From: Alphaproteobacteria bacterium
Lineage (GTDB): Bacteria; Pseudomonadota; Alphaproteobacteria; UBA7887
Direction: 5' to 3'
Assembly (NCBI GenBank): GCA_965216755.1
Contig: CBDCGL010000011.1
Location: forward strand, 1,824,001 to 1,888,000
DNA: 64,000 nucleotides
Both the position numbers and the translations under genes were made by a program. Numbering within the stretch: position 1 is the stretch's first letter; the number at the start of each line of letters is the position of its first letter. The notes beneath the pieces were generated by a model that did no database searches, was not told the DNA's origin, and saw only the letters and a list, made by a program, of their open reading frames with translations. Shown in pieces: positions 1 to 8,937 of the stretch.

Positions 1-97
1 GTCATCGACAGGTCAGACACATCGGCCCCCTACGCGCGGCGCGGTTGTGCGTCGCGACGGGCAATGGCCCGCAATCAACTGGGTTCGACGCCGACCC

Positions 98-1243
98 TTA
101 GTCATCCTGTGGCGTCGGAGAGCAAGCACCGCTCGCCTTTTGTTCGGCGATCGCTTGCAGCGCTGTGAGATATTCAGGATTGCGACGCCAACTGCGCAAT
201 TGTTTCGTTGCTTCATTTGCATTCAAACGCGCGTAGCATTGCAGCACACGCGCGCTTTCGCCGCTGGTGATTTTCCGTGCCTTACCACGTTCATGTCGGG
301 TAAGACGATATAAGGCGAGAAACTCAACATCGGTCATCCCAAGAGCACAGCACGAAACGGCCAGCGACCGGCCGGTCGGATCGCTGACCAACTGATTGAC
401 CATGCTCACGCGCAGACCAGTCATCTGTGCAAAGCCTTCCAAAAACAGGTCCGATTCGCCCTTCGATAGCGCATCAGTCAAAAAAGCGATGGTTAAACTC
501 CCTTGCTCTTGAAGCTCATCAACCACTTTTTGTGTCCGTGTTGGCGCTGTGCGGCGCTGAGCCAGGTCGCGCAAATGATCGTCAACGATGAGGTCAAGCT
601 CGCTATCAATTATTTCCGCTTCGATGCCATAGCGGTTGCAAATGTGTTGGCGGAGCGGCGCGGCGACCCACCAATAGACCCGCTTAGCGATGTCGAGCGG
701 CAGATCCTGGCGGGTCAACAGGGGCTTCTGATAAAGGGTTTGCCATTGGGATTCCTCGGCCAGGAAAGCCAACATTTCGTCCGTAAGTGTCGCACCGCTG
801 TTGCCTAGCAGTTCGACAATGACAAGTGGGTCGTCGCTATCGATCAGGGCTTGCGAAACAGTCGAACTAAGTGCGTCCCGGCGTGCCACGGCCAGTTGAT
901 GGCCTTGTGCCCGCGTGCGCACAATGCGCACCAGATCGGCATCCGATAACAGCGGGCTGGATTTCAATACAGGATAGGCGACCTCTGATTGATCGGACGC
1001 GAGTTCGACGATCAGATCGGCTGGGACATCCGAATGATGGGCGATTTTGGTTGCCAACTCCCAGCGGAGCTTGGCTTCTACCTCGCCCATCAGATGGCGC
1101 AAGATCTCGGCCGCCAGCGCGCGCTCCGTCTCGCCGTATTCAGCCCCCCCGTCAGCGATCAAGTTGCCGACCGTGCTGAATACGCCCGCACGAGATTCCT
1201 TCGATCTCGAAGATGCCAGGGCTATGAGCTCGTTCTGATTCAA
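98..1243 (-). CDS. DUF2336 domain-containing protein
   Basis: 381-aa ORF with TTG start; motifs VAYPVLKSSPLLSDADLV, HQLAVARR, LLGNSGA, PLLTRQDLP typical of alphaproteobacterial DUF2336. Confidence 0.8.
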   Translation of the reverse strand: MNQNELIALASSRSKESRAGVFSTVGNLIADGGAEYGETERALAAEILRHLMGEVEAKLRWELATKIAHHSDVPADLIVELASDQSEVAYPVLKSSPLLSDADLVRIVRTRAQGHQLAVARRDALSSTVSQALIDSDDPLVIVELLGNSGATLTDEMLAFLAEESQWQTLYQKPLLTRQDLPLDIAKRVYWWVAAPLRQHICNRYGIEAEIIDSELDLIVDDHLRDLAQRRTAPTRTQKVVDELQEQGSLTIAFLTDALSKGESDLFLEGFAQMTGLRVSMVNQLVSDPTGRSLAVSCCALGMTDVEFLALYRLTRHERGKARKITSGESARVLQCYARLNANEATKQLRSWRRNPEYLTALQAIAEQKASGACSPTPQDD

Positions 1244-1630
1244 CTAGGGCCTGAATGGGCGCCGACAGGCGCGAAACGGTTACGCGGTAATTGAAGCCTC
1301 AGCTTCTGATGGGTCGAACGGGATGAAAAGCCGCCATTGAAAAGAAATTGCTCTTGATGGGACGGTTTCAACTACAAGTTCGTGCGGCAATATGGCCCAG
1401 GTACCAATAAAATTTGGTTACGTTCCACATTAACGTCCAGATTGAGAAACAAGCCATTGAAATAAAACAAAAATATCACCCATCGGCGGCGCCGACGGGA
1501 TACGGTCGGTCCTGTGAAAACGCGCGCTTACGCCCCCGAACTCACCGATTTTCCACGGCCCGACGAAATTTGAGAAATCAACCGATGGTAGGCGACGCCA
1601 CCAAATTCAGATCACAAGATCACCACGGTC

Positions 1631-1660
1631 CCGCGCGGCGAAACATGAGTCGCCGCGCGG
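1631..1660 (-). terminator. GC-rich hairpin downstream of ompA-family gene
   Basis: ccgcgcggcga-N8-tcgccgcgcgg, 11-bp perfect stem about 50 nt after the stop; no clear U-tract. Confidence 0.35.
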
Positions 1661-1707
1661 CTATCCCTCCGTGTTATGCGCACACCTTCCCGGCTATGCG
1701 CTCGGCA

Positions 1708-2586
1708 CTATCTAATTGTGATATTCACGCGCCGGTTGCGCCGTTCTTTAATTCCGTCGCCGGTTGGCACTGCCAATTCGTTCTCGCCCAAACCGGTAGA
1801 GGTCATCACCTCACCGGATACGCCCATTGACGTCATGGCACCCTCGACCGCTGCCGCACGCGCCAGCGACAAACGATCGTTGTAATCGCCGGACCCGACC
1901 GTGTCCGTATGACCGACAATTACCACATTCAGTGTCGCCCGCGAGTTTGCATCTCCGACCGCGCGCTCGATTTCGGCCATGGCCACATCGTCGACGGTCG
2001 CGCTATCGAAATCGAAGAACACTGTATATTGACGCACCGGGGCTGGCGCTGGCGCCTGCTCAACCGCGACAACTTCCTCGCGTGGTGCCGGAGCCGGGGC
2101 TGGCGGCGCCATGGCGACTTCGATCGCACTCATCGCCTGTTCAAATCCCGCGCGGCACCGCGCTATGTCTTCCGGCTGAAAGTTCTCCTCTTTCTCCTGC
2201 ATCCAGCACTCGAACATCACCTGCGCGTTCGAAGCCTGGTCGGGCACTTTCGACCGCGCGCTGGCATCAAGCGCACTGACCAGCTTTTGGCGTGCCGCAG
2301 ATAGCGGTCCTACGCCATCTTCCGGCAAGGCCCGTGCCGATATCTCTTCCGGCTGCGACCAGTCTCCCGACGAAGCCGCTAAAGCCCGTCGAGCAAATAC
2401 GTCGGAGTCCTGATAATCCGCTTCCCCGTATTCAGACTCCGCCAAGTCCACGTAACCTGTGTAAAGGCCGTTCGCGAACGCATCCTGCGGCGGCGTCGCG
2501 TCTCGCGCAGACTGTAGCTTCAGCCCGCACCCGCCGAGCATGGCAACAACGCCCACAGCCACCAATATCTTTCGGATTTCGACCAT
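1708..2586 (-). CDS. OmpA-family lipoprotein
   Basis: Lipobox LGGC, Pro/Ala linker, C-terminal OmpA domain (VFFDFDS, VGHTDTVG, YNDRLSLARA, NRRVNI). Start moved to ATG 2586 after ggtggga. Confidence 0.9.
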   Translation of the reverse strand: MVEIRKILVAVGVVAMLGGCGLKLQSARDATPPQDAFANGLYTGYVDLAESEYGEADYQDSDVFARRALAASSGDWSQPEEISARALPEDGVGPLSAARQKLVSALDASARSKVPDQASNAQVMFECWMQEKEENFQPEDIARCRAGFEQAMSAIEVAMAPPAPAPAPREEVVAVEQAPAPAPVRQYTVFFDFDSATVDDVAMAEIERAVGDANSRATLNVVIVGHTDTVGSGDYNDRLSLARAAAVEGAMTSMGVSGEVMTSTGLGENELAVPTGDGIKERRNRRVNITIR

Positions 2587-2799
2587 GTAATCCCACCAAT
2601 TCTGACCTTGCGAATGTCTAAAAACCGCATACAACCACGAGCGGACGCACCGATCGCTTGCACGCTAAGTACAGATTTGTGTAAACACCCGCTCCCCGTG
2701 TGTAGCGGGCGATTTAAGCAGAATCGAGTTATTTTACAAGTTCGATTTGCGATCGTCGACAAAGGTTTGTTACGCGATGCGAATAGGTCACATCCACAC

Positions 2800-4575
2800 T
2801 CAGCGGGGCGATTGGACGGTTCGAGACCGGGCCAATGGTTCGGTCGCCACATGATCACGGTAAGCACCCGTCGCCCGGTCGTCGACGACACTAACCCCTT
2901 CCGATAAAACGACTCCATACAAGCGCTTGGCATCCTCGGCGTTGTAGTATCCGCGCGCGACGTCCCGCGCCACCGCGTCCGGATCGCGGGTCATTGGATC
3001 GCCAAAACCACCGCCCCCAGGGGTTTCCACGGTGACCCAGTCGCCCTTATTTAGTACAAGATCTTGATCCTTAGAATAGTGCGGCGGGCGGTACCGTGCA
3101 CCATTTTGGCACACTGTCACCACATTGCGACCTCCCATATCGCCGCCGGCGGCGCCGTTTGGACCGAATCGACCGTGATCCATCACCATTGAAGCGCGTG
3201 CCGTACCACGCAATAAGCGCACGGTATAGCGAACACCAAAACCGCCCCGTTGCCGGCCGGCGCCCCCCGACCCCTCATGCAATGCATATTCGTCGAACAC
3301 AACGGGATAGCGTTGCTCCATCACTTCTATCGGCGTTGTCTTTGAGATACCAATGGTTGAGCAGCCATTGCTCAAGCCATCGCTCTGACACGTACCGCCA
3401 TAGCCGCCGCCGGAAATGACATACATGACATACGCGCGTTCGCGCGTTGGATCCACGCCACCCAGGGCAAAATTGCCCGACGTTCCGGCTGGCGCGGCGA
3501 ACAGCCGATCGGGTATGGCCTTTGCCATGGCATCGAACACGGCTTCTGCGATCCGCTGGCTGACCTCGGCCGCGCATCCCGAGACCGGGCGCGGGTAACG
3601 CGCGTAAAGGAACGTGTCATCCGGATCGATGATCCGCAACGGTTCAAATGTCCCGGCGTTGATCGGCACGTCCGGAAAAATGTGCTTGATCGCCAGATAA
3701 ATCGACGACCGCGTCGTGGCGATGACGCTGTTCATGGGACCCAAGCAGGGTGGACTTGACCCCGACATGTCGAATTCCAGTTGGCGGTCACGCTTGGTGA
3801 TAGCCATGGCGATTCTCAGCGGCTCGTTGACGACACCGTCGGAATCGACAAACGCCTGGCCGTGATAGACGCCGTCTGGAATGGTCTCGATTTCGGCTTC
3901 CATTTGCCGGCGCGCGCGGCGACGCAATTCGGCGATGCATTCCTCGACCAGGTCAACGCCATAGCGATCGAGCAACGCGGTCAAACGGCGTTCGCCCACC
4001 GACAACGCGGCCGCTTGCGCCTTGATATCTCCAATTCGTTGGTCCGCAATGCGGATATTCGACAAAATAATCGAAAGGATCTCTTGGTCAATTTCGCCGG
4101 CCTTATACAATTTGACCGGTGGCAACCGCAGCCCCTCCTGTTCAACTTCGGTGGCATTCGCCGAAAACCCGCCCGGTACCGCGCCGCCCGTATCCGGCCA
4201 ATGGCCAGTATTTGATAGCCAGGCAAATAATTTGCCTTGATAGAAATACGGCCGGGTGAATTTTACGTCCATCAGATGCGTGCCGCCCAAATAAGGATCG
4301 TTCAAAACGAACACATCCCCGGGTTGCACGTCGTCGGCGCGTTCGATCACAGCCCGCGTCGAATATTGCATGGTGCCGACGAATACCGGTAAGCCCAGGT
4401 CGCCTTGAGCAATCAAAGCGCCGTCATCGCGATGATAGATGCCGTCGGATCGGTCGAGCGCCTCCGAAATCACCGGACTAAAGGCCGCGCGCACGAACGC
4501 CAGATCCATCTCATTGCACACCTGTTGCAGGCCATTTTGGATTACGGCCAAGGTCACTTGATCGATTGCCGTCAC
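2800..4575 (-). CDS. Hydantoinase B/oxoprolinase family protein
   Basis: FSPVISE, NDPYLGGTHLMD, GHWPDTGG, QEGLRLPP, ETPGGGGFGDP motifs; overlaps A subunit stop. Confidence 0.93.
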   Translation of the reverse strand: MTAIDQVTLAVIQNGLQQVCNEMDLAFVRAAFSPVISEALDRSDGIYHRDDGALIAQGDLGLPVFVGTMQYSTRAVIERADDVQPGDVFVLNDPYLGGTHLMDVKFTRPYFYQGKLFAWLSNTGHWPDTGGAVPGGFSANATEVEQEGLRLPPVKLYKAGEIDQEILSIILSNIRIADQRIGDIKAQAAALSVGERRLTALLDRYGVDLVEECIAELRRRARRQMEAEIETIPDGVYHGQAFVDSDGVVNEPLRIAMAITKRDRQLEFDMSGSSPPCLGPMNSVIATTRSSIYLAIKHIFPDVPINAGTFEPLRIIDPDDTFLYARYPRPVSGCAAEVSQRIAEAVFDAMAKAIPDRLFAAPAGTSGNFALGGVDPTRERAYVMYVISGGGYGGTCQSDGLSNGCSTIGISKTTPIEVMEQRYPVVFDEYALHEGSGGAGRQRGGFGVRYTVRLLRGTARASMVMDHGRFGPNGAAGGDMGGRNVVTVCQNGARYRPPHYSKDQDLVLNKGDWVTVETPGGGGFGDPMTRDPDAVARDVARGYYNAEDAKRLYGVVLSEGVSVVDDRATGAYRDHVATEPLARSRTVQSPR

Positions 4576-6611
4576 CGCGCCACCTCAATCACCAGATTTC
4601 CCAGTCCATCGACGTGAGCGCGGTCGCCCGGTTCGATGACCGTCGTCCCATCTAACTGCTCGACAATGGCCGGCCCATCAAACGGTTCGTCCCGTGACAA
4701 TTGGTCACGCTGGTAGACCGGGGTCTCGCGCCAACCATTTGTGAACCACACGGGCCGTGTTGTCGGTCCGTCGCACGTGCGCGATCTATCAACGTGCGCT
4801 GGTGCCAACGCCTGCAGCGACACAACCGGGCGGCGGCCAATCACGACGCTATGTAAATTCACCAATACGGCGCGGATTTCCGCCAGTTCAACCGCAAAAC
4901 GATCCCAATAGGCGGCCGCGAATGCGCGTTGTAGCGCCGCGACGTCACCGCAATCTTCGGGCATGGGCACGGTCAACATGTGCGTTTGCCCTTCAAACTG
5001 CATGTCAGCGAAATGCTTAACAACGATTTCCCGTACCGCAACACCTTCACGCGCGATCACGTCGCGGCCTTCGGCTTCTTGTCTGGCCAAGATGTCGGTC
5101 ACCACTTCACCATCGAGGTCCGCCAAAAGTGTGTTGAGCGTGGTGACGTAGTCGTGACGCAAATCTGCGGTGATGCAGCCTATGGCGTTGGTGACACCCG
5201 GCCGAGCCGGAATCATGACCCGCGGGATGCCAAGTTCCCGCGCCAACGCGCTGGCATGCATCGGCCCGGCGCCGCCGAAAGCGAACATGGTGAAATCTCT
5301 TGGATCGTGACCACGTGCCAGTGACACAAGACGCACCGCCCCTGCCATGCGATCATTAGCAATCGAAAGAATTGCGGCCGCGGCATCCGGCGCGGTTAGC
5401 CCCAGCGACGCGCCAATATATGCCACCAGCGCGTCTTCGACCGCTGCCCGCGAGACGGGCGCATCGACCCCCAACAAGCCGTCCGGGCGCAGGCGGCCGA
5501 GCACAAGATTGGCGTCGGTCAAAGTCGGCCGTGTGCCGCCGCGGCCGTAGCAAATGGGCCCCGGATCGGCGCCGGCACTTTCCGGACCGACCTGAACCAT
5601 GCCGGCTTTGTTGATCGCGGCGATGGAGCCACCGCCGGCACCAATCGTGTGTACGTCAACCATGGGGACATGGATCGGCATGCCATAGGTCAACTCGGTT
5701 TCCGACGTCACTGCGGGGACGCCGTCTAACACCAAACCGACGTCCGAACTGGTGCCCCCCATGTCATAGGTGATCACGCGATCCAGCGCGCAGGCCCGCG
5801 CCACCGCCGCTGCCGCCATCACACCGGATGCGGGCCCGGACATGACTGTGTTGACGGCGCGCTCGGCCACGATCTTGGCGGCGACGCTGCCGCCGTTTCC
5901 CTGCATGACGATCAGGTCACGTTCAAACCCGCCGCGTTTGAGTTCGTCGCTCAATCGGACAATGTAGTGATGCAAGACCGGCTGTACGGCTGCGTTCACG
6001 GCCGCGGTCGTGCCCCGCTCATACTCGCGGAACTCTGACAGAATACGGTGTCCCGCCGTGATGTAATCATTTGGCCAGACATCACGTGCGATCGCGAGTG
6101 CTCGGTTTTCGTGGACTGGGTTTCGATAGCTGTGCAAAAAGTGAATAACCAACGATTCGCAACCAATATCTATGAGCTGCGCGAGCATTTGACGCAGTTC
6201 GCTTTCATCAAGGGGAACCATCACGGTACCGTCGGCGGCCATGCGCTCGGTCACTTCCAAGCGGCGCTCGCGTGGGACCAAGGGCTCAAAGCTACCGGTC
6301 ATGCCATAGGGCCTGGGGCGCGTGCGACGGCCCAATTCCAACACATCACGGAAGCCCTTGGTTGTGATCAGCCCGCAGGCACTGATCTTGCCTTCCAGAA
6401 GGGCGTTGGTGGTTGTTGTCGTGCCATGACTAATGGCCGAGATCTGACCCAGCGATATATCGCTGTCGGCCAGGGCAGCCATGACCCCGATGGCTTGGTT
6501 GCCAACGGTCGTCGGTACTTTGGCAATGCGCACTTGGCCGGTTTCCGGATCAAGCACCATGAGGTCGGTAAACGTGCCACCGACATCAACGCCGATTACG
6601 GCCCCGGTCAC
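4572..6611 (-). CDS. Hydantoinase A/oxoprolinase family protein (ATP-binding subunit)
   Basis: GVDVGGTFTD, HGTTTTTNALLE, SGPASG, DMGGTSSD, GAGGGSIA, FGGAGPMH motifs. Confidence 0.93.
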   Translation of the reverse strand: MTGAVIGVDVGGTFTDLMVLDPETGQVRIAKVPTTVGNQAIGVMAALADSDISLGQISAISHGTTTTTNALLEGKISACGLITTKGFRDVLELGRRTRPRPYGMTGSFEPLVPRERRLEVTERMAADGTVMVPLDESELRQMLAQLIDIGCESLVIHFLHSYRNPVHENRALAIARDVWPNDYITAGHRILSEFREYERGTTAAVNAAVQPVLHHYIVRLSDELKRGGFERDLIVMQGNGGSVAAKIVAERAVNTVMSGPASGVMAAAAVARACALDRVITYDMGGTSSDVGLVLDGVPAVTSETELTYGMPIHVPMVDVHTIGAGGGSIAAINKAGMVQVGPESAGADPGPICYGRGGTRPTLTDANLVLGRLRPDGLLGVDAPVSRAAVEDALVAYIGASLGLTAPDAAAAILSIANDRMAGAVRLVSLARGHDPRDFTMFAFGGAGPMHASALARELGIPRVMIPARPGVTNAIGCITADLRHDYVTTLNTLLADLDGEVVTDILARQEAEGRDVIAREGVAVREIVVKHFADMQFEGQTHMLTVPMPEDCGDVAALQRAFAAAYWDRFAVELAEIRAVLVNLHSVVIGRRPVVSLQALAPAHVDRSRTCDGPTTRPVWFTNGWRETPVYQRDQLSRDEPFDGPAIVEQLDGTTVIEPGDRAHVDGLGNLVIEVAR

Positions 6612-7477
6612 GATACTGCCACGATTTGACGCCTGTACCCGGCGATGGCCGCGCTCGCAACGCGTCGCTGACCCTGCAACGCCATATATGCGCCGACGAT
6701 CAGGCCACCTGCGATCATGCGCTGCGCGACCTGTTGACCGGCGCGGAGTGCCTTGCTGACAAAGTCACGCGGCAGGGGCCCCACCACCCTGGTCACCAAC
6801 CGCGCACCCAGGTCGCTGTCGGCATCGATCGAATTTGCGGGGGCACGCTGGATCGATGGATGGACGCCATCGATGGCGTTCGCGATCAAGGTCGCGGCGA
6901 CATCAGCCGCCGCGGCGCTATCCGCCAGCGCGGTGACCGCGTCGGCGATACCCATCGATAGCGATCGGCCGCGCCAGCCGGACGTGGCGAGCCCCCTCAC
7001 CGACATTGTGCTGTCTAGGAAGACCCGAGCGTCCAGCGCCGGCGCGCCGATATCGTCCATAACACCGGCCGTCAAACTTTCGCCTGCTGCAAGATAAAAT
7101 GCGATGTCACCGCCATTGTTGACGTAAGCGCGTACCAATCCGCCCTCAGCCCGCAAATGCGCCAGAATATCATCGGCGACAGCACCCGCCACCGCCGCCA
7201 TGGGTGTGACGAATTGACGCCGATGCGGCCATGTCGCCGCCACCATCCGTCCCGCGATGGACCCGCGCATCTTTGGTCGAGATGGGGGAATCGGTTGCCG
7301 CAGCACCGGCAAGTCGCCGACCAATTCGTCAAGAACGTACTCAAATCGCGCAACGGCACGGCGATAAGCGTGTCGCACGGCCTGCGGATTGCCCCACGCA
7401 CCGGCCACCAGGTCAATCGGGCCGTGCTGCAAACGCAGCCGCCCGGTTTCGGCCATCAGCCAAGATCGGGCGGACAT
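6608..7477 (-). CDS. UPF0280 family protein (ApbE superfamily)
   Basis: LQHGPIDL, TPMAAVAGAVAD, YVNNGGDIA, ATSGWRGRSLSMGIADAVT; ATG 7477 overlaps the hnr stop (TGATG). Confidence 0.88.
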   Translation of the reverse strand: MSARSWLMAETGRLRLQHGPIDLVAGAWGNPQAVRHAYRRAVARFEYVLDELVGDLPVLRQPIPPSRPKMRGSIAGRMVAATWPHRRQFVTPMAAVAGAVADDILAHLRAEGGLVRAYVNNGGDIAFYLAAGESLTAGVMDDIGAPALDARVFLDSTMSVRGLATSGWRGRSLSMGIADAVTALADSAAAADVAATLIANAIDGVHPSIQRAPANSIDADSDLGARLVTRVVGPLPRDFVSKALRAGQQVAQRMIAGGLIVGAYMALQGQRRVASAAIAGYRRQIVAVS

Positions 7478-8934
7478 CACCGGGAACGCCGCCCGGTCGC
7501 CACATCCCAGGGCCACGGCACGTCATGGTCGAGATGTGCCCTGGTCACGTCGGTGCGGGCGACAACCGTGTCAACGTCGACAATATGATCGCCGTAGCCG
7601 CCCAGCGCGAGGTAGTCCGCGCGCCCCAACGTGAACTCGATCGGCGCGACCAATGCCGGCGTCGGCACGTAACCGAACGACTTGGCCGGCATTTTTGTGA
7701 CGTCCACCATCAAGGTGATACCGCCGCCCGGCCACACATAAGCAGGCGCGCCGCCACAAGTCACGCGCGTCAAAGCGCCCGCAACCGAACGGGTCAGCCG
7801 CACCGGGTTTTCAGTCACGCCGGCGCGCAACGAACCACCGGCACCGGCCATAAACAACACACTGCACAGCGCCGGCTCGCAGTTTTCGGCGATCCGCGCG
7901 ACAACCGTGGCGACCGGTTCGGGCATCTCCATTGGCCGCGGTTCCAAGTCCGCATTCAATTCAAACCAGGCAGAATCCTCGCCGGTGGTGGACACCATCA
8001 GCAAACGCAATCCTGGCCACGCTTTTTTCGGATCGATGCGTTCGATGATATCCAAGGGATTGTGGATGTCGGTACCGCCCCAACCAGCGCCATGGGCGGC
8101 GACTTGAAAATAGCGACCGGGTGTCGATCTGCGACCACGCACGCGTATGCCGGCGGGCCTCATATCGAGAAACCGGCCAGCTTGATGTTCCGTCAAGACG
8201 CCCGTGATGTGATCGTCGACGACAATGACTTCATCTGCGTGGCCGTGCCATTGTTTGGCGAACATGCCGATCGCGGCCGAACCACAACCGACCCGCATCC
8301 GATCCTCGCGCACACCGTCGACCACAGGTGCGGCGCCGGCTTGGACCGTGATGGCCGCACCACCATCGATATCCAAATCAACCGGCTGTCGGTCGCACAG
8401 GTCGAGCAGCGCACGACATGTCACCGCGCCCTCTTTCTTGGAGCCGCCGGTGAAATGGCGCACGCCGCCGAGCGCGAGCATTTGTGAGCCATACTCCGCC
8501 GTGGTCACATGGCCGATCTGCTCGCCATTACAGCGCACAGCCGCCGATTCAGGTCCCAAATAGCGATCGGTATCGATTTTTACCTTGACGCCGCAATAGC
8601 TGAAAATGCCCTCAGACACGACAGTGACCATGTCAATATCGTCGATCTGACTGGCAACGATAAAGGGTGCGGGTTTGTAATCGGGGTAGGTCGTGCCGGC
8701 GCCAACACCGGTTACAAACTGGTCGCCGCCGCGCACCACGGCGCCCTGCCAAGCGGAGGTGTCTTCAACGAACGGTACGAGCGTCTCCGCGCGCGTGGCG
8801 ACCAGCAGCGGATCGACTCGGGTCAATACCCCGTCGAAGTTAGCATAGCGGTCACATGCGCCGGACTGGCCATCGCGAATGCGGCACAGGACCGGACAGG
8901 CCTCACACCGGATCAAAGATTTGTCGTCGGCCAT
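7477..8934 (-). CDS. hnr: 6-hydroxynicotinate reductase
   Basis: N-terminal CEACPVLC..GACDRY Fe-S motif, TTYPDYKPAPFI, EGIFSYCGVKVKIDTDR, RMRVGCGSA, GAGGSLRAGVTENP, VWPGGGIT. Confidence 0.88.
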   Translation of the reverse strand: MADDKSLIRCEACPVLCRIRDGQSGACDRYANFDGVLTRVDPLLVATRAETLVPFVEDTSAWQGAVVRGGDQFVTGVGAGTTYPDYKPAPFIVASQIDDIDMVTVVSEGIFSYCGVKVKIDTDRYLGPESAAVRCNGEQIGHVTTAEYGSQMLALGGVRHFTGGSKKEGAVTCRALLDLCDRQPVDLDIDGGAAITVQAGAAPVVDGVREDRMRVGCGSAAIGMFAKQWHGHADEVIVVDDHITGVLTEHQAGRFLDMRPAGIRVRGRRSTPGRYFQVAAHGAGWGGTDIHNPLDIIERIDPKKAWPGLRLLMVSTTGEDSAWFELNADLEPRPMEMPEPVATVVARIAENCEPALCSVLFMAGAGGSLRAGVTENPVRLTRSVAGALTRVTCGGAPAYVWPGGGITLMVDVTKMPAKSFGYVPTPALVAPIEFTLGRADYLALGGYGDHIVDVDTVVARTDVTRAHLDHDVPWPWDVATGRRSR

Positions 8935-8937
8935 GGC

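Noticed and set aside
1415-1436. CtrA box upstream of DUF2336
   Set aside because: One good half-site only; spacing is 8, not TTAA-N7-TTAA.
7231-8487. Long antisense ORFs (also 12638-13579, 43019-43948, 48883-49866, 50702-51646)
   Set aside because: Shadow frames of well-supported genes in high-GC DNA; Arg/Pro-rich with no motifs.
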